64,000 nucleotides of DNA from Takakia lepidozioides (lineage: Eukaryota; Plantae; Bryophyta): positions 41,230,001-41,294,000 of the forward strand of contig CM060732.1 of the NCBI GenBank assembly GCA_030704615.1. Direction: 5' to 3'. Shown piece by piece: positions 45,920-58,782 of this stretch (the stretch's first letter is position 1; every line of letters starts with the position of its first letter). The notes beneath the pieces are model-generated. The model was not told the DNA's origin and made no database searches. It saw only the letters and a list, made by a program, of their open reading frames with translations. The position numbers were made by a program, and so were the translations under genes.

Positions 45920-48667
45920 CTAATCAACTTGAACATCATCATCCGGAGCTTCTTCATCCTCATCAAGCTGCAAGTCTTCTTGGTCATCGGAGTCATCGGA
46001 GTCATCGTCATAAATGGCCCAGTCCTCAAAAGGCACCTCCGAATCATCCTTCACCTCGTTGTCAATGGTTGTGTCTTCGTCTCTTTCTCCAACATCCGTA
46101 TTTTCTAGAGCTTCATCATATAGGGTCCATGATGCATTGTCCGAGGCGTCATCATCCTCTTCTACCCCCTCTACCCAACTTCCATCATCAGCATCATTAT
46201 GACCAGTCTCTCCGTCCACCGCAATTGCCTCACCCCATGGAGATCTGACACCATGATAAATACGTCTTTCTCTTGGATGAGCATGCACAATCACCTTCCA
46301 ATTCTCCCCTCTTGTTTTGTCATCGGAGAAGAAAACTTGCTCCATGTCTGAAGGCCGTGAAAAAAACTCATCGGAGGGACGATGAGTAGGGTTGAGCCTA
46401 TCTGCATTGACGCACATGAAACCACAATCATCTTGCACTAGTGTTGCGGAGGGCTCCACAAGATGTGGCTGCTTCCCTTGAAGAGAAGAGGCCGGTACCT
46501 TGTATACTAAAGTTGGAGTATGCTCTCAAGCTCTCCAATGTACTCAAGTTTGCTCATAGCAGGTCGTGTATCTCCCTTGCCCCACACAGAGTCTTGCCAA
46601 TATGTGGCATACAAGCCAGAATCAAAGGTTGTTATGCGCTTCATGTCAAGAGCACGAATGCGGAAATGACGACCGTGAACCCAAACCCCCGTGTATGAGG
46701 TCGCGAATTGAGAGGGGCCCCTTGCAATGTCTTGCACCAAATCTGAAACCACCTCTCTTTGAGCAACGGCGTCATAAACTGAAGTCCGAAGCCACTGTTG
46801 GAATGAACTTAGAGGCTGTAATTCCATGGGAAAAATTTGTGAATGAACATTCCGGCGGCCCGCTCCTCGTCGTGGGCGTCTAGTAACTGGCCTTGGATGG
46901 TTCCGCCTCCATGCAAGCGTCTCCTCATCTCGTTGCTGAACAAGATAATTGTATCTTGCCTCCCACTCATGTATGGATGGGGTGTTCTTCAGTATGAAGT
47001 CATGCGTTTGCTCAATCACCAAGGTCGGCAATTTTACCCTCTTCGATTGTTTGGGCAAAACGATGTCCTTGGTTCGTGCATCCTCATCTTCCTTCCACAT
47101 CCGAGGGGCTTCCTCATCCACCCTTGCCATGTACTCCGTGCAATAGAACATAGCTTATTGCAACGTATACCCCTCCGCCATGCTACCCTCCGGGTGCGCC
47201 ATTTGTCTTACAAATCCTTTCAAAGTCTTCATATAACGCTCAAGGAAGTACATCCACCGAGAATGAACGGGGCCGGCAATCAAAGCCTCTTCCACTAAGT
47301 GCACTACCAAGTGCACTTGGATGTCAAAGAAGGAGGGAGGAAGGTGCATCTCCAACATACACATTACCTCCGCCGCCTCCTTCTTCATGCGTGGAAAATC
47401 TGCTTCTTCCAACTCTTTGGAGCAAATCCACCGGAACAGGCCTCCCTCAGGAGTCAATGTCCCACGTACTGCAATGGGCAAGATGTCTTGCAATATATTG
47501 TGGTAGTCATGAGACTTCAAACCATGGACCCCGTCTTCTTCGCTGAACTTCGTACGTAGGGATTGGGATGACCCATAACCAATTGGTGTTCGGACAACAC
47601 TTATGGTGGCTATCACTTTATTGTATTCCTCCTTTGTCCATTGCCAAGGTGCGTGCCTATACTTCCACCATACAACACCATTTGGGTCCACACCATTTTG
47701 TTTGGCCCATAGATGGCGCATGCGACCCTGCTCCTCAAGCTCATTTCTAACACCGAGAGAATCTCCTTTTGCAGCCACTCCCTTCTTTGCTGGCGTGCCA
47801 TGAAGAACCCGAAAAAAAGACGAGCGGACATTCTTCTCAATATGCATGGGATCTAGAAGATGGCGAATCTTCAGGTCCTACACAAAGACTTACACAAAAA
47901 ATTTACGTGAAAGTGACAATGCAACGCATACCAAATGTGCAATATCACATGCATGCATAGGGATATTGACGGTGTTTTTGTTGAATATGTACCGCCCAAT
48001 ATGGCAACTCGTAGAAGATTGAAAGTCATTTCATGTCAGGCACGTTCACTTCACCGTCCGTGCCCGCATGGGCCTCCTTCCATCGGTCCTCCCAAAACTG
48101 CCCGGACGGTGTCATAGGGGGGGGGACGTACTTCCTCTTTGCCATCAAACAAGTGTTTCTCTCTTCTTCTCCATCGATGGCTCATAGGAAGAAATTTGCG
48201 GTAATTGGGATACATCATTTTGTGAAGATGGCGGGAGCTATGTGCATCAAGATCATCACCACAATGCAAGCATGCATAGTACCCTTTGGTGCTTAGCCCC
48301 GAGCAAACAGTTAGTCTTGTACTACACATCCCGCCACATTAGCCAAAACAAAAAGTTGTCATATGCATGGCCCATAATGCCATCTACGCCACTACGGTGC
48401 ACAAGATTGTCGCCGCTACTTCAATCAATCCCAATCCTCATCGATATTATCCGGCATTGACAAGTGAATGTACGCGGGTTGTTCATGGGGAACATAATAT
48501 ACCTGGATAATCATGCATTGTACAAAATAAGATGCCTCTCATCTGAAAAGATTGTCCAGCCACAGGGTCAAGTGAAGCATCCAATGCCGGGACCCCCCTC
48601 CATAGCTCCTTAAGTTCATCAACAAGAGGTTGCAAATACGTGTCCATGTTTGCCACTTGTTTTTTCC
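45920..48667 (-). pseudogene. CACTA transposase (TnpD-like), C-terminal part (Transposase_21 end, DUF4218, DUF4216-like)
   Basis: KKQVANMDTYLQPLVDELKELWEG, SGLSTKGYYACLHC, MHIEKNV, GLKSHDYH, LPPSFFDIQVHLVVHL, GPVHSRWMYFLERYMKTLK, PEGSMAEGY, EQVFFSDD..WKVIV. Confidence 0.93.
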
Positions 48668-48948
48668 CTATGAGACATTCACATCATTGTTTCAATGCTC
48701 CACCAATATGCAAAGCTCGCAATCACATTGCACAGGAGGCATTTCGCGCCGGTCTACTTGCAGAATTTGTGCCAGAGCATGTGCCCGATGTGACCAGTTG
48801 GTTCCCCTAGCAACACGTAGATGAGATGTGTAGGGTCGAGGGGTATCGTAGGTGTCGTAGGCGCTATGGCCGGCGACGAGCAGGCCCACCGCCCTCCCCC
48901 CCCCCCCCCCCCCCCCAGAGCTCCAGTTTCCTCAGGCGGTCCCCTTGA

Positions 48949-49865
48949 TTGTGGCCTCCCCCCCCCCCCCCCCGTCTGTTTCTTTGCCTGATCCGGACGT
49001 TGTACCCCCGGCTGCACCTCCGACATTACATCCTCAACCACCTCCACTTTCATCTCCTCCGCCAGCAGTACTCATCTCCACCACCACCACCACCTCCTCC
49101 ACCTCCACCTCCACCTCCACCTCTACGTGCATGTGCCCCCCGAACCCCTAGGAGTGTTCGGCTTCGCCCTAGGTTTCCTCCCCTTCGGCTTGGGCGGCCT
49201 GAGCCGGATCCTCGCCCCCGATGGGAAGCGCATAGGACTATGTTACTTAGGACCGTCCAGCCTCGTTGTTGGGGGAATCATCTCGACCCTCCCACCCCCA
49301 TCCAAGAAAATGTGGAGTTCGAGTATTGGGGGAGACGGTATGTTGTGAGAGCAGCTACAGACCCTGCTATGGGTCCGGGTTTATTCACGGTCAATGGTCC
49401 TCCTTGGAGAAATAGCATGGTGGACTTGTTTCCCTACTACGGTCCATACTACACCTTCGCGGGCCTCGAAGCCCCATACATCTTACCCTACATTTTGTGT
49501 ATCAACGGACAGGATGTACGTAGACGGGGGTTGTCTCCCATTGAGATCAGATTTTATGATGGTGACCCCGACATCTTCGGCAATGTTGATGGGCTGGTCA
49601 ATATTTTTTTTGGTCATCCTAGGATAACCAATGTAGTATGGGACGAGCGAAGCGATGGGCATGAGGTCATACGTCAGTATACTGTGAGGGGATGCACATG
49701 TTTGTGATGACATGTGCTAGTAGGACTATTAGGGCTGACAGCAAACTATTTGCATCATACGAGTTCTCCCGGGATGATTGGGACCTCCGATTACAGCGTG
49801 AGTGGGATGCGTATGATAGAAATAGGGTTCTTTTGAGACAAGGATCGCGTAGAGGGGCATTGTAG
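48949..49865 (+). pseudogene. Proline-rich plus SET-domain-like ORF inside the CACTA element
   Basis: MGPGLF (49369-49386), LFPYYG, YILCIN, FYDGDPDIFGNVDGLVN, NVVW; after a frameshift at ~49695, FVMTCASRTIRADSKLFASY (to 49760). Confidence 0.6.
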
Positions 49866-50839
49866 ATTTTCTCATGATGTACTTTGTATACATCCGATTA
49901 ATCGATTGATGTAAAAAAAATTCTTGTTATTCGTGTGGGTTGCAACTTTGCATATGTGATCTAAACATACTTATGTGAACCAAATATGAGCTTGAACCAA
50001 GTTGATTCAATGGGTCATTCTAGTGTTGAACGCAGCTACGTGTCATAGAGACGGAAAATTGTGTTTCGCATGCAGATGATTTACAAAAGTCATTTGGACC
50101 CATAACCAGATTTTGTTCTCTCATTTGCACTCCAAAAATTGAGTTATCTTCAACTTCATGCACTTTTCATATAGAGTTATGCAAAAAGTGACCCTAGAAA
50201 CACACTTATTTGTTTTCCTTTTTTTTTTTTGTCCCATTTTTGGCATGGATATAGTGGTGCAAAGCCTGATGTCACAGGACAAAATAGAGCTAAAAATAAA
50301 ATCATTATGCCCCTCAAAACCGCAATATATTTTCTAAATGCAAATATTTATTTTAAATTCATTTAAATTCGATTTAATTCAAAATTGGTGCAAGGTGAGT
50401 GCGTCGTTGGGGAGGCATTTTTTTTTTAAAATTTTTTTTAATTTATAAATTTTATCTTGTGGATCTTTGTACAGGTGTTGCACACATATTTAAGCACATG
50501 TAGGAAAAAATGAAGCTTGAGCCACATCCGTTTATTGGGTGCAATGGCATGAGAGGTTTTTCTTTCACATTAATAAACAAAAATTGGTTGATAGGGTGAA
50601 TGCGTCATTGGGGGGGGGGGGGGGGGGGGTGGGCAAATGATTTTGTTTGGGTTTGAAACTTTGCATGCGTGTACGTTGCGCACATACATGTAATTATTGA
50701 ATGACATATTTGATGCCCACACACATTGAAGGTTGTTGTTTGCATTTCGCTTATAATGAAGTGTATGGTTGCAAGGACACATTATAATATATGTCCCTAT
50801 GTTCATTTGTTCGTATCAGGACTTTGTCCATCCCTACTT

Positions 50840-52026
50840 CAGGCGGGAGCTGTGGGCGAGACGCCGCCCCCACGGTACCGGACAATGATGACAATGACAG
50901 TGACATTGACAATGACAACAACAATGAGCATGGAATTAACCAGGAGGATGTGCAAGCCATGGAGGATCTCTTAATGCATCATGTGGGCGCTGCATCCCAT
51001 GAAGAGGGAACCCGGCCAATCGATGATCCTGAAATGGCCCCCTCAAATGACATGGAGAGGGAGGCGAGAACTCCCTTGTACGAAGGGGCGAAAGTGAGTC
51101 GACTTTCAACAATCTTACTTTTGCTCAATCTTCAAATTTGATTTGGCATAAGTAATGTTGGGATGTCTGCTATAATGCGAACTATTGCAGACTATATCCT
51201 TGCTCCACACTCGAAACCCAAGATGCCACGGTCGCGGAAAGAGGCGCGCGAAGTCTTGGACTATGTGGGGATGAAGTATAAGATTTTTCATGCATGTCTA
51301 TGTGATAAAACCCTATACTACGGAGAGGATTCGCAACTCACCAAGTGCCCAAAGTGCAAGAAAGATCGATATCGGGACGATGTCCAAGAGAAAAAAGTAC
51401 CACGCAAGGTATAAGCGTCATTCCCCCTCGCATGGAGATTACTTTATTTAATCTTCTCAATGTATATAAAGTGTATTCGACAAAGTTTAGGGTTTAGAGA
51501 GTAGTACTCATGCAAGATCTGATTGTGGTTTTGGAAGGAGTGAGTGAGGAATGGAAGGAGCGACATTCGGTTTTGACCATTCACACCTAAATGAGGGAGA
51601 TGTTGCAGAAAGGGAAAGACATAAGGGTGTTGTATTATGTGTGCTAATGGGATGATTACATGTGGGAGGCGTGGGATATTTCATCCTAGAAAATGCATTA
51701 CTTTTCGATCATCCCGCGATTGAGGGCACAATACCAAAGCCCCGAATTGGCCAGACTCATGAGATGGTACGCCTCGCATCGGAGCCCCCTGGGAAAGATG
51801 TGTGGGGCACAAGATTCACAAGCATGGAGGCATATTGAAGAGATGTGGCATTTTCTCTTGGAGAACCCACGACATGTCCACCTCGGCTTCTCCTCGCATG
51901 GGGTCAACCCATTCTCTGTCCAGTCATGTAGTCATTCCACTTGGCCGGTGACCATGATGAATTACAACATCCCTCCGTATCTTTGAATTAAAAAATGTCA
52001 TATCATGTTGGCTGCCATTGTGCCAA
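50840..52026 (+). pseudogene. CACTA transposase N-terminal exons (inverted segment)
   Basis: EARTPLYEG, MPRSRKEAR, HACLCDK..CPKC..RY, HYFSIIPRLR, DSQAWRHI, LGFSSHGVNPFS..HSTWPVTMMNYNIPP, IMLAAIVP then donor gtgagt at 52027. Confidence 0.92.
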
Positions 52027-53859
52027 GTGAGTGTACTCATTTCATGTTTATTATTGCCTTAGACTTTACATTAAACTTATGATCTATGCAAGATTGATGA
52101 GTGACATAATCATGGAATAAAGACGTGTAATTCATTTTGTAGGATTGGGCATCAAGTCGTGGCTGTAATGTGCGTAGTGAACGACGCATCAATACTTATG
52201 TCGTAATTTTGATTCATGTATGCTTATCAATCATACTATATTATTATATAAACCTAAATGTACCTTAAATGAATGTTAATGAGAGGGGTAGGAAAAACAC
52301 TCACCTTTGCCGCATCCGCAATCTTGTTCTTCTTGTAATGTTTTTTGACAACATGCGGTTGCCGCCTCGGTGGTCTGGTGCCGCCCGGCGGTATCCGTTC
52401 CCAACACTTAGTGCACCAACACTCAATCCTGTCGGGGGGTCAAAGGTGGACGTGGTTGGACGGGGTGGCCCACGAGGGGGCAACCCGCGGCGTGCCCGAC
52501 TCGATCCCGGAGTGTCAACATCCTCCTCATCACCTGAAATTTGGCCCCGGTCCCTTCTACGATTGTGCCCGGCAGCCTGTATTGGATCAGGTGCAATGGG
52601 TGGCTCCTCGCCACAAAAAATGGTCGCTCTAGGGCCACAATTGATATGTGGTACTACCTCCCCATCCTCGAGGGAGATGGGTCGATGTTTCCTCACCATC
52701 GCATCCTAATTAACACACACCACCAACACTTTCATTTCTAAAAAACCGTTGGCAAAAAAACCCTATGCCTCAGCCTCGGGGCTTTCAAAATTGATAACCA
52801 AAGGCGGAACATCCCTATGGTGCTAGAACCCAAGACAATAAATCCTTCCTCTCGTTCTATCTTCAGGATGCCCACACCATGGAAAAATTTGTTGAGACCC
52901 AGCGCTTTGCGATTATCAGATTGAACCATATTTTGGGTATGTGAATCCTAATTACACCGTTTATCCTTCTAACCCCAAGACCCACAACCAAAACCGCCAA
53001 TCCAAAATCCAGCACCATAAAGAAAAGCAAACACCCTAACCCAGTACCATATGAAAAAAATAAAAATAAAAAAAATAACTAAGAAACCCAAAAGGCCCTA
53101 AACCCTAAACCCAAAAAGGCCGGCCGTCGCCTCCTGCGACACCCTCGCATCGCATTTGACGATGAGTTTTTTTCAATTTTTTACCCGGGGTCGCACCCCA
53201 AGACGAAAAGCCGTGTTTTTTTTTAAATTTATGGGGTCGGGGGTCGCAAGCAACGACGGCCGGCCGTCGCAAATATCATTTTTACATTTCAAAAAAAGAG
53301 CGGGGCGCAGGCGTGCAACGGCCGGGCGTTGCACGTAGGCGCCGCGCCTTTTTTTTCTTCCCTAAGTGCTTGAAGCATCTCTTTCCCCTCCCGTTTTCGT
53401 TTGTTCTTTGGGAGAGAGGTAGTTCAGAGAGTGGGGTTTAGGGTGGAGGAAAAATGCATTTGCTATTGAGCCCGAGGTGGTCGCAAGGCCCCAAGGAGTT
53501 TGCCTCAACGCCGCTCCAACGCCCAAGGTAAGCACAGCCTCCTCCCTCACTTTCTCTCTTGCTTTCTTGCCCTAAGCACGGGCTGATGTCTCTCTCCCCT
53601 GTGTGGTAGGAACGCTGCGCAGAGACGCGATCTGACGAGCTGAAGAGAGAGAGAGCCGTGGTGAGCGGGGGAGAGACGTCCTGCGGCGGCGGGGACCCGC
53701 GCCGCTAGCAGCCGCGACAGCACCGCAGCAGCTCGCCGCGCCAGCTCGCTTCAAGCACCAGCAGTACCAGCAGCCGCAGCAGCAGAGGTACGTCAGGGAA
53801 ATTGCACTCTCCCTTTCCTCTTTGCTTTTGTTTACTATTCAAATGTAGTCTTCCTGCCC

Positions 53860-55010
53860 TAAGTTTAAATTTAGGTCTGGTGCCAAGAGTGGGATAGACC
53901 CTTGAGCGCATCCATGATGTCCTCCCCCATGTCACAGACTGGAAACAGGTTCAGGAAAATTTTCTTCCTAACTTCATTTTCATCGGACAATTTTCTGGTA
54001 ACAAACATGGCTTTGGACACTACACTCTCTAAGTCAGGTTTATCCAGCAAGGTCAAGACTTGTGGGTCCAGATTCAGATCCTTGAGAATCTCTTCTACTC
54101 TCTTCTCCCAGGGCTTACCCTGTTTGACAGGGCAGTCCTGTTTCCAAGATATAGAGTCGATTAACTTAGGATATCTGGTGTTGGACATATGTTGCAGTTG
54201 AACCCACCATCTGACCTTGAATTTATCTTGTCGGGAGCTTAAAAGAGAGCAGCACAGAAGAGAGAGAGAGAGAGAGGGACAAAGAGAGGGAGTGAGAGGG
54301 AGACATCAAGGGGCAACAAAGAAAAGAAAAGAAGGTTTTTTTTTTTCTTTGTTGCCCCCTCTCTTGGGGAAACAAAAGGGACAGATCCTACCTCTGTCAG
54401 GGGCTGACGTTGGTAGTAAGACTTACCTTCACATATAGAATTAATCCGGGTTTTCCATATATCATCTACAAATCCCTTCACACAAGCATCAATCTGCTGT
54501 GTGTGAGTTGCCCAAAAACTAGGCCTCAGAAGGGGCTGGGTTTTTGGCTCAGCCTCGACTTTTTCAAAGTTAGTAAACAGAGGTACATACACAATTCCCT
54601 TGATTTATTTGAAGAGAACGTCTCTTTGGTGAGAGGACCCCGGACAGTGTATCAGAAAATGAGTATTGTCTTCAGATTGCCCACACAACGGGCAATTGCT
54701 AAATTTCAGTCTAGTGCCGAGAGTGGGTAGACCCTTGAGGTCATCCAAGATGTCCTCCCCCATGTCACTGACTGGAAACAAGTTCAGGGAAGTTTTCTGC
54801 CTAACTTCATTTTCATCAGACAATCTCATGGCAACAGACATGGCTTTGGACACTACAGCCTCTAAGTCAGATTTATCAACCCATATTGCAGATCCGTACT
54901 CCAAGGCAAGTCTAATAATGCGACAAAGCATGGTTTTCTTAACCTCAGAGTTGACCCCTCTGCAGAAAAAGTTAAAAAGAGAGAGGGAGAGGGAAGATAC
55001 TTTTGTCATG
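53860..55010 (-). mobile_element. Non-LTR retroelement 3' fragments (partly duplicated) inserted in the CACTA element
   Basis: CPLCGQSEDNTHFLIHCP zinc motif. The segment DLESVVSKAM..LSDENEVR..NLFPV.DMGEDI occurs twice (~53870-54040 and ~54700-54875). Confidence 0.6.
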
Positions 55011-55600
55011 TCAAGACAAGGACAAGACCCCTAGGGTTGTTGTCAGGAAAAATAAGAATAATCAGACATATCAGCCACTTTTCAGTGGCACCATCCATCA
55101 ATCATCAAGCTGGAAAATCCAGAATTACCTCCATGCACAATAATGTGTTCATGTCAGTAATCTTCATAACCCAAAGAGTAAGTAAAAATACTAATTGAAC
55201 ACCAGTCATAATCAGGATATACATTCAGAGGATGAAAAAAATCCAAAATTCCCTGCAACCCAATTTTTCAAATTTTTCAAATTTTTCAAAGATGGAAGTC
55301 GGGACAACAATTCCATAAACCCAGTTTCCAGAGGGAGAGAGAGGGAGAGATCAGGAAACCAAAAAAAAAGAAAATGGGGGGGGGAGTGACTGAGCCCATG
55401 GTGCTCAACAGCTGGTGGTGGTGCTCAGTCACTCCCCCCCCCCCACCTTTTTCTTTTTTCTTTGTTGCCCCCTCTCGAGACCCCAAGCACTTGTTGCTCT
55501 TAGCACCCGACATGCTTAGTTTTTTTTTGTTTTTGATCTGGAATGTAGAGGTTGTTTCCTAATGAGGCCAACTTGTGGGTTTGCATGACAGGTGCCAGCT

Positions 55601-57265
55601 TATGGGGAAAGAGAAGAAGTCCCCTGCCCCAAAGAAAGGGGCGGACAATCCGTTTGCTCTGCCGGCACGTGTGACGCGCCAGGGCGTCTCACGGTTAACC
55701 AGCCCCGTCGACAGCCGCAGCCGGAGGGCTCGTCTGCCCCCCGAGGCCAATACCCCCCCCCTCTTGTCCACATCTTGGATGCGTCAGGGGCCGGCTCAGC
55801 CAGCATCGGGTGACACCGGGGGCGAGTCGGACAAGCTTGCAAAGGTACAACTGTCGCACCTTGTTCCATGATTTATCCTTTCCTTTGCATGCATGATTTT
55901 CTTTGTTGTTTGTTTATTTTTTGAATTTGGAGGGGTTATTTGTCTTCAGGAGGCAGCAACATGGCTGGCCTCATTGGTGCAGTCCAGTGGGGTTGCCAAT
56001 GAGGGAAAGCACGTGGTGTTCATGAAGGACCCGAACACCAAATGTAAGAAGAAGAGGCCTCGATCTCCCGAGATCCCTTTTACCATCAATGAAAGGGCTG
56101 CCGAGGAGAGAGAAAGAAGGGAGAGGGAGAAGGAGAGAGAGGAAGTAGCGGGGAAGGGGAAGGAGATGGTCGTGGAGAAGGGGAAGGAAAAGAAGAAGAA
56201 GAAGAAGAAGTCCCATGGAGAGGAAGGGGTGAGTGTGCATGCGGGGGAGGGCAGTGGGGTAACAAATGAGCAGGGGAAGGAGGCTACAAAGAAGGGAGAG
56301 GGTGGGAAGAAGAACATGCCCTTGGCGATACAGGACGTGGAGTTGGCAAAGATCGTGGTGCCACCGGTGGAGGTGAATCGCCACGGTGATCCCTGCGGTG
56401 CGTTCTGGGAGGCTATGAAGAAGCCAGCCTTCGAACTCGCATTGAGGTGGTTCCCTTTGCACATCGAGTGGGCTGATCAGCACTTTGGCGCGAAGCGGGC
56501 GTATGCCCGTGAGTTAGACCGCCGGTTTCCGGGCAATTGGAGTGACACAAGGGGATGGAGATGGTGGGGCGAAACTTGAAGGACAGGAGGTAATGTGCCA
56601 GACAGATCATTCGGAGGCAATGGAAAAGGGGGCCATACCCAAACCACCTTATGGAATTACACAGGTTGGCAAATCCTGAATCATGTCACCTTCCATTTGT
56701 CGCATGTGCATTAATGAGGTGGATTCAATGCAACGTATGTGTGTAATTCACTGATTGTTGTGGGGGGGGGGGGGGGGGGGAGGCATAGGTATCGTGGGAT
56801 GCACTCATTGCGGGAGAGACTGATGCCGCAAACAAGGCCAAATTTGACCGGGCACGCGAAGCAACAACAGTCCGCCTTGACAAGCACGAATCCACACACA
56901 AGTGGGGCGCCGACGGATCCAAGGGTTTTATCTTGCGATTTGTAAGTTGTACCATCATCGCGAAGAACTGACTTTAATTTGTGGCATGTGTAGCAACGTG
57001 CGTTTGAGAGGAAGCCATCTCCAGTAGAGTACAACTACGCCAAGGAGCATGGTTGGCAATCCCTCATGAAGAACATGGCCGGGATGAGTGCACTACAGGG
57101 CACTAATATGGATGAGGTCGGGGGTCATGGTCAGGGATTGGATGATAGCTCTGTGGGACTTAGGGGAACGCCGCCTCATTTAGGTGCTCTGGCAAAGGGC
57201 GCGTAGTCATCAGGCTCATTAGATAGCTCTGAGTCCTCCACTGAGGATGAGGATGAGGATGACTA
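55601..57265 (+). pseudogene. Second CACTA ORF (TnpA/ORF2-like, spliced, degenerate)
   Basis: MGKEKKSPAP..DKLAK|intron|EAATW..K/E-rich..VEVNRHGDPCG..WFPLHIEW; ends in an acidic tail near 57265. The assignment rests mainly on its position inside the element. Confidence 0.5.
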
Positions 57266-58233
57266 GTCCTAGTCCATGTAGGTCCTAGGGTCAGCCTACT
57301 GAACCCTTGTGAGCTTTTCAGCTCATTTTCTGTAAATTTATTTCCATCTTATTCATGTGTCGCACCGTCCTCACCCTCGATTCATGTTTGCTCAATTGTG
57401 TACCTGCTAAATCAGAGAAATGGAACTGTAAGGTCTCCCATCCCCAAAAACAAAACCAGGCAAAAAACAAAAAACCACCCCCAATTCACCCCCAAAATCA
57501 ACCCCCCCCCCACCAGGCTGCCCTCGCGACTGTAGGACGTCGCCAATGGCGACGTGTTTTTTGGGCGGGGGTCGCACGCCGCCACAGTCAGGCGTCGCCA
57601 ATCCCATTTGCGGGCGGCAACCCCCGACACCCCCTGCGACGTGTTTTTTTGGTCCGGGGGTCGCAAGCCGCCACGCCCTGACGTCGCGTAGCCCGCCACC
57701 CTGCCTACGCACGTCTTTTTTTTTGGATTAAATATTTTTTTAAAAACGACGCCAGAGCGTCGCCAAAACCCATGCCCGGGCATGGCGGAGCCCGACTCCT
57801 GCTCCTACTGTTTTTTTTGCCACGCCCAATAGTCGCTTGGCGTACCACCCGGCTTACGCCACGTGTTTTTGGGTTTTATGATGGGACTCCTGGGCAGGTT
57901 AGAAAAATAAATAAATAAATGCGATGCCGCGTCGGTGCCCCCACCAACGCCGTCGGCTGGAGGGCGGCGACAGCGAGACGTCGCTCGACGGAGGCCCCTT
58001 ACCATCGGCGCGGACGGTCTGAAAAGCAACGTCTGGCAGTCACGGGAGTTGGGGTGGGGGCTCGCTACCCCCATACGTCGCATTTTTGTGACGTCATTTT
58101 GGCATCGCCCATGCGACTGCCGGGCGACGGCCGGGCGTCGCAAATTCTGCGCCTGCCCCCAGCCCGAAAAGAGCGTTTTCCCGACGCTGCGGCGTGGCTC
58201 GGGCGTCACAAAGGCCCCCCTTTTCCTGTAGTG

Positions 58234-58782
58234 TGTGTTTCGGCATTGTTTGGCAGTCAATGAGTGAGGTGCAGAAATTGGCCGTCTTTGTTGTCCGATC
58301 TCTGAAACGGGTACAGCAGCTGAGGCACATGGGGGAACGCTTTTGGACAGTCTAGTAGCTCGAGACACTCATTTGGCGTAAGGCTAAGTTGCAACAGCTC
58401 TTTGGGTAGTCTGTGGTCATGTACATGTGGAGTTTCATAGCTCTGCGCAATACTCTCTATCGTGGGAAATCCTAACCACCGTTGATATGTGTATGTCGTC
58501 GGGTTTGACATGATATCGTCACTATTGCGGCCTTCTTTGTTGCTAGTAGCAGGCTTCAAGAGACGCGCAAATGTCACTTGCCGTTCATTTGAGTATCAGG
58601 GACTGAGCGGTGTCTTTTGTTAGTGTATCCCCCATGTGCAGCTCTTCTAGATGACTTTGGAAGGTGGAGGACTGAGTAAGGTTGGACATCTGTTGGTCTG
58701 TCTGCTGAGGCACATTGGTAGCAAAGGGGAGCGGGGATATCAGGGAAAGCGGCACTTCTGCCATCTCATTCTGTGGTTGCAT
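58234..58782 (-). pseudogene. N-terminal part of the TE ORF interrupted by the CACTA element
   Basis: Minus ORFs 58585-58782 and 58257-58577 lead up to the TSD and continue at 45024. Confidence 0.5.

Larger units (their letters stand above)
45025..58233. mobile_element. CACTA (En/Spm) DNA transposon, 13.2 kb, internally rearranged
   Basis: Starts CACTACAG, ends CTGTAGTG, 3-bp TSD TGT (45022-45024 / 58234-58236). Imperfect ~30-bp TIRs; GCGACG/CGTCGC-rich subterminal regions (45025-45580, 57520-58233). Confidence 0.95.
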
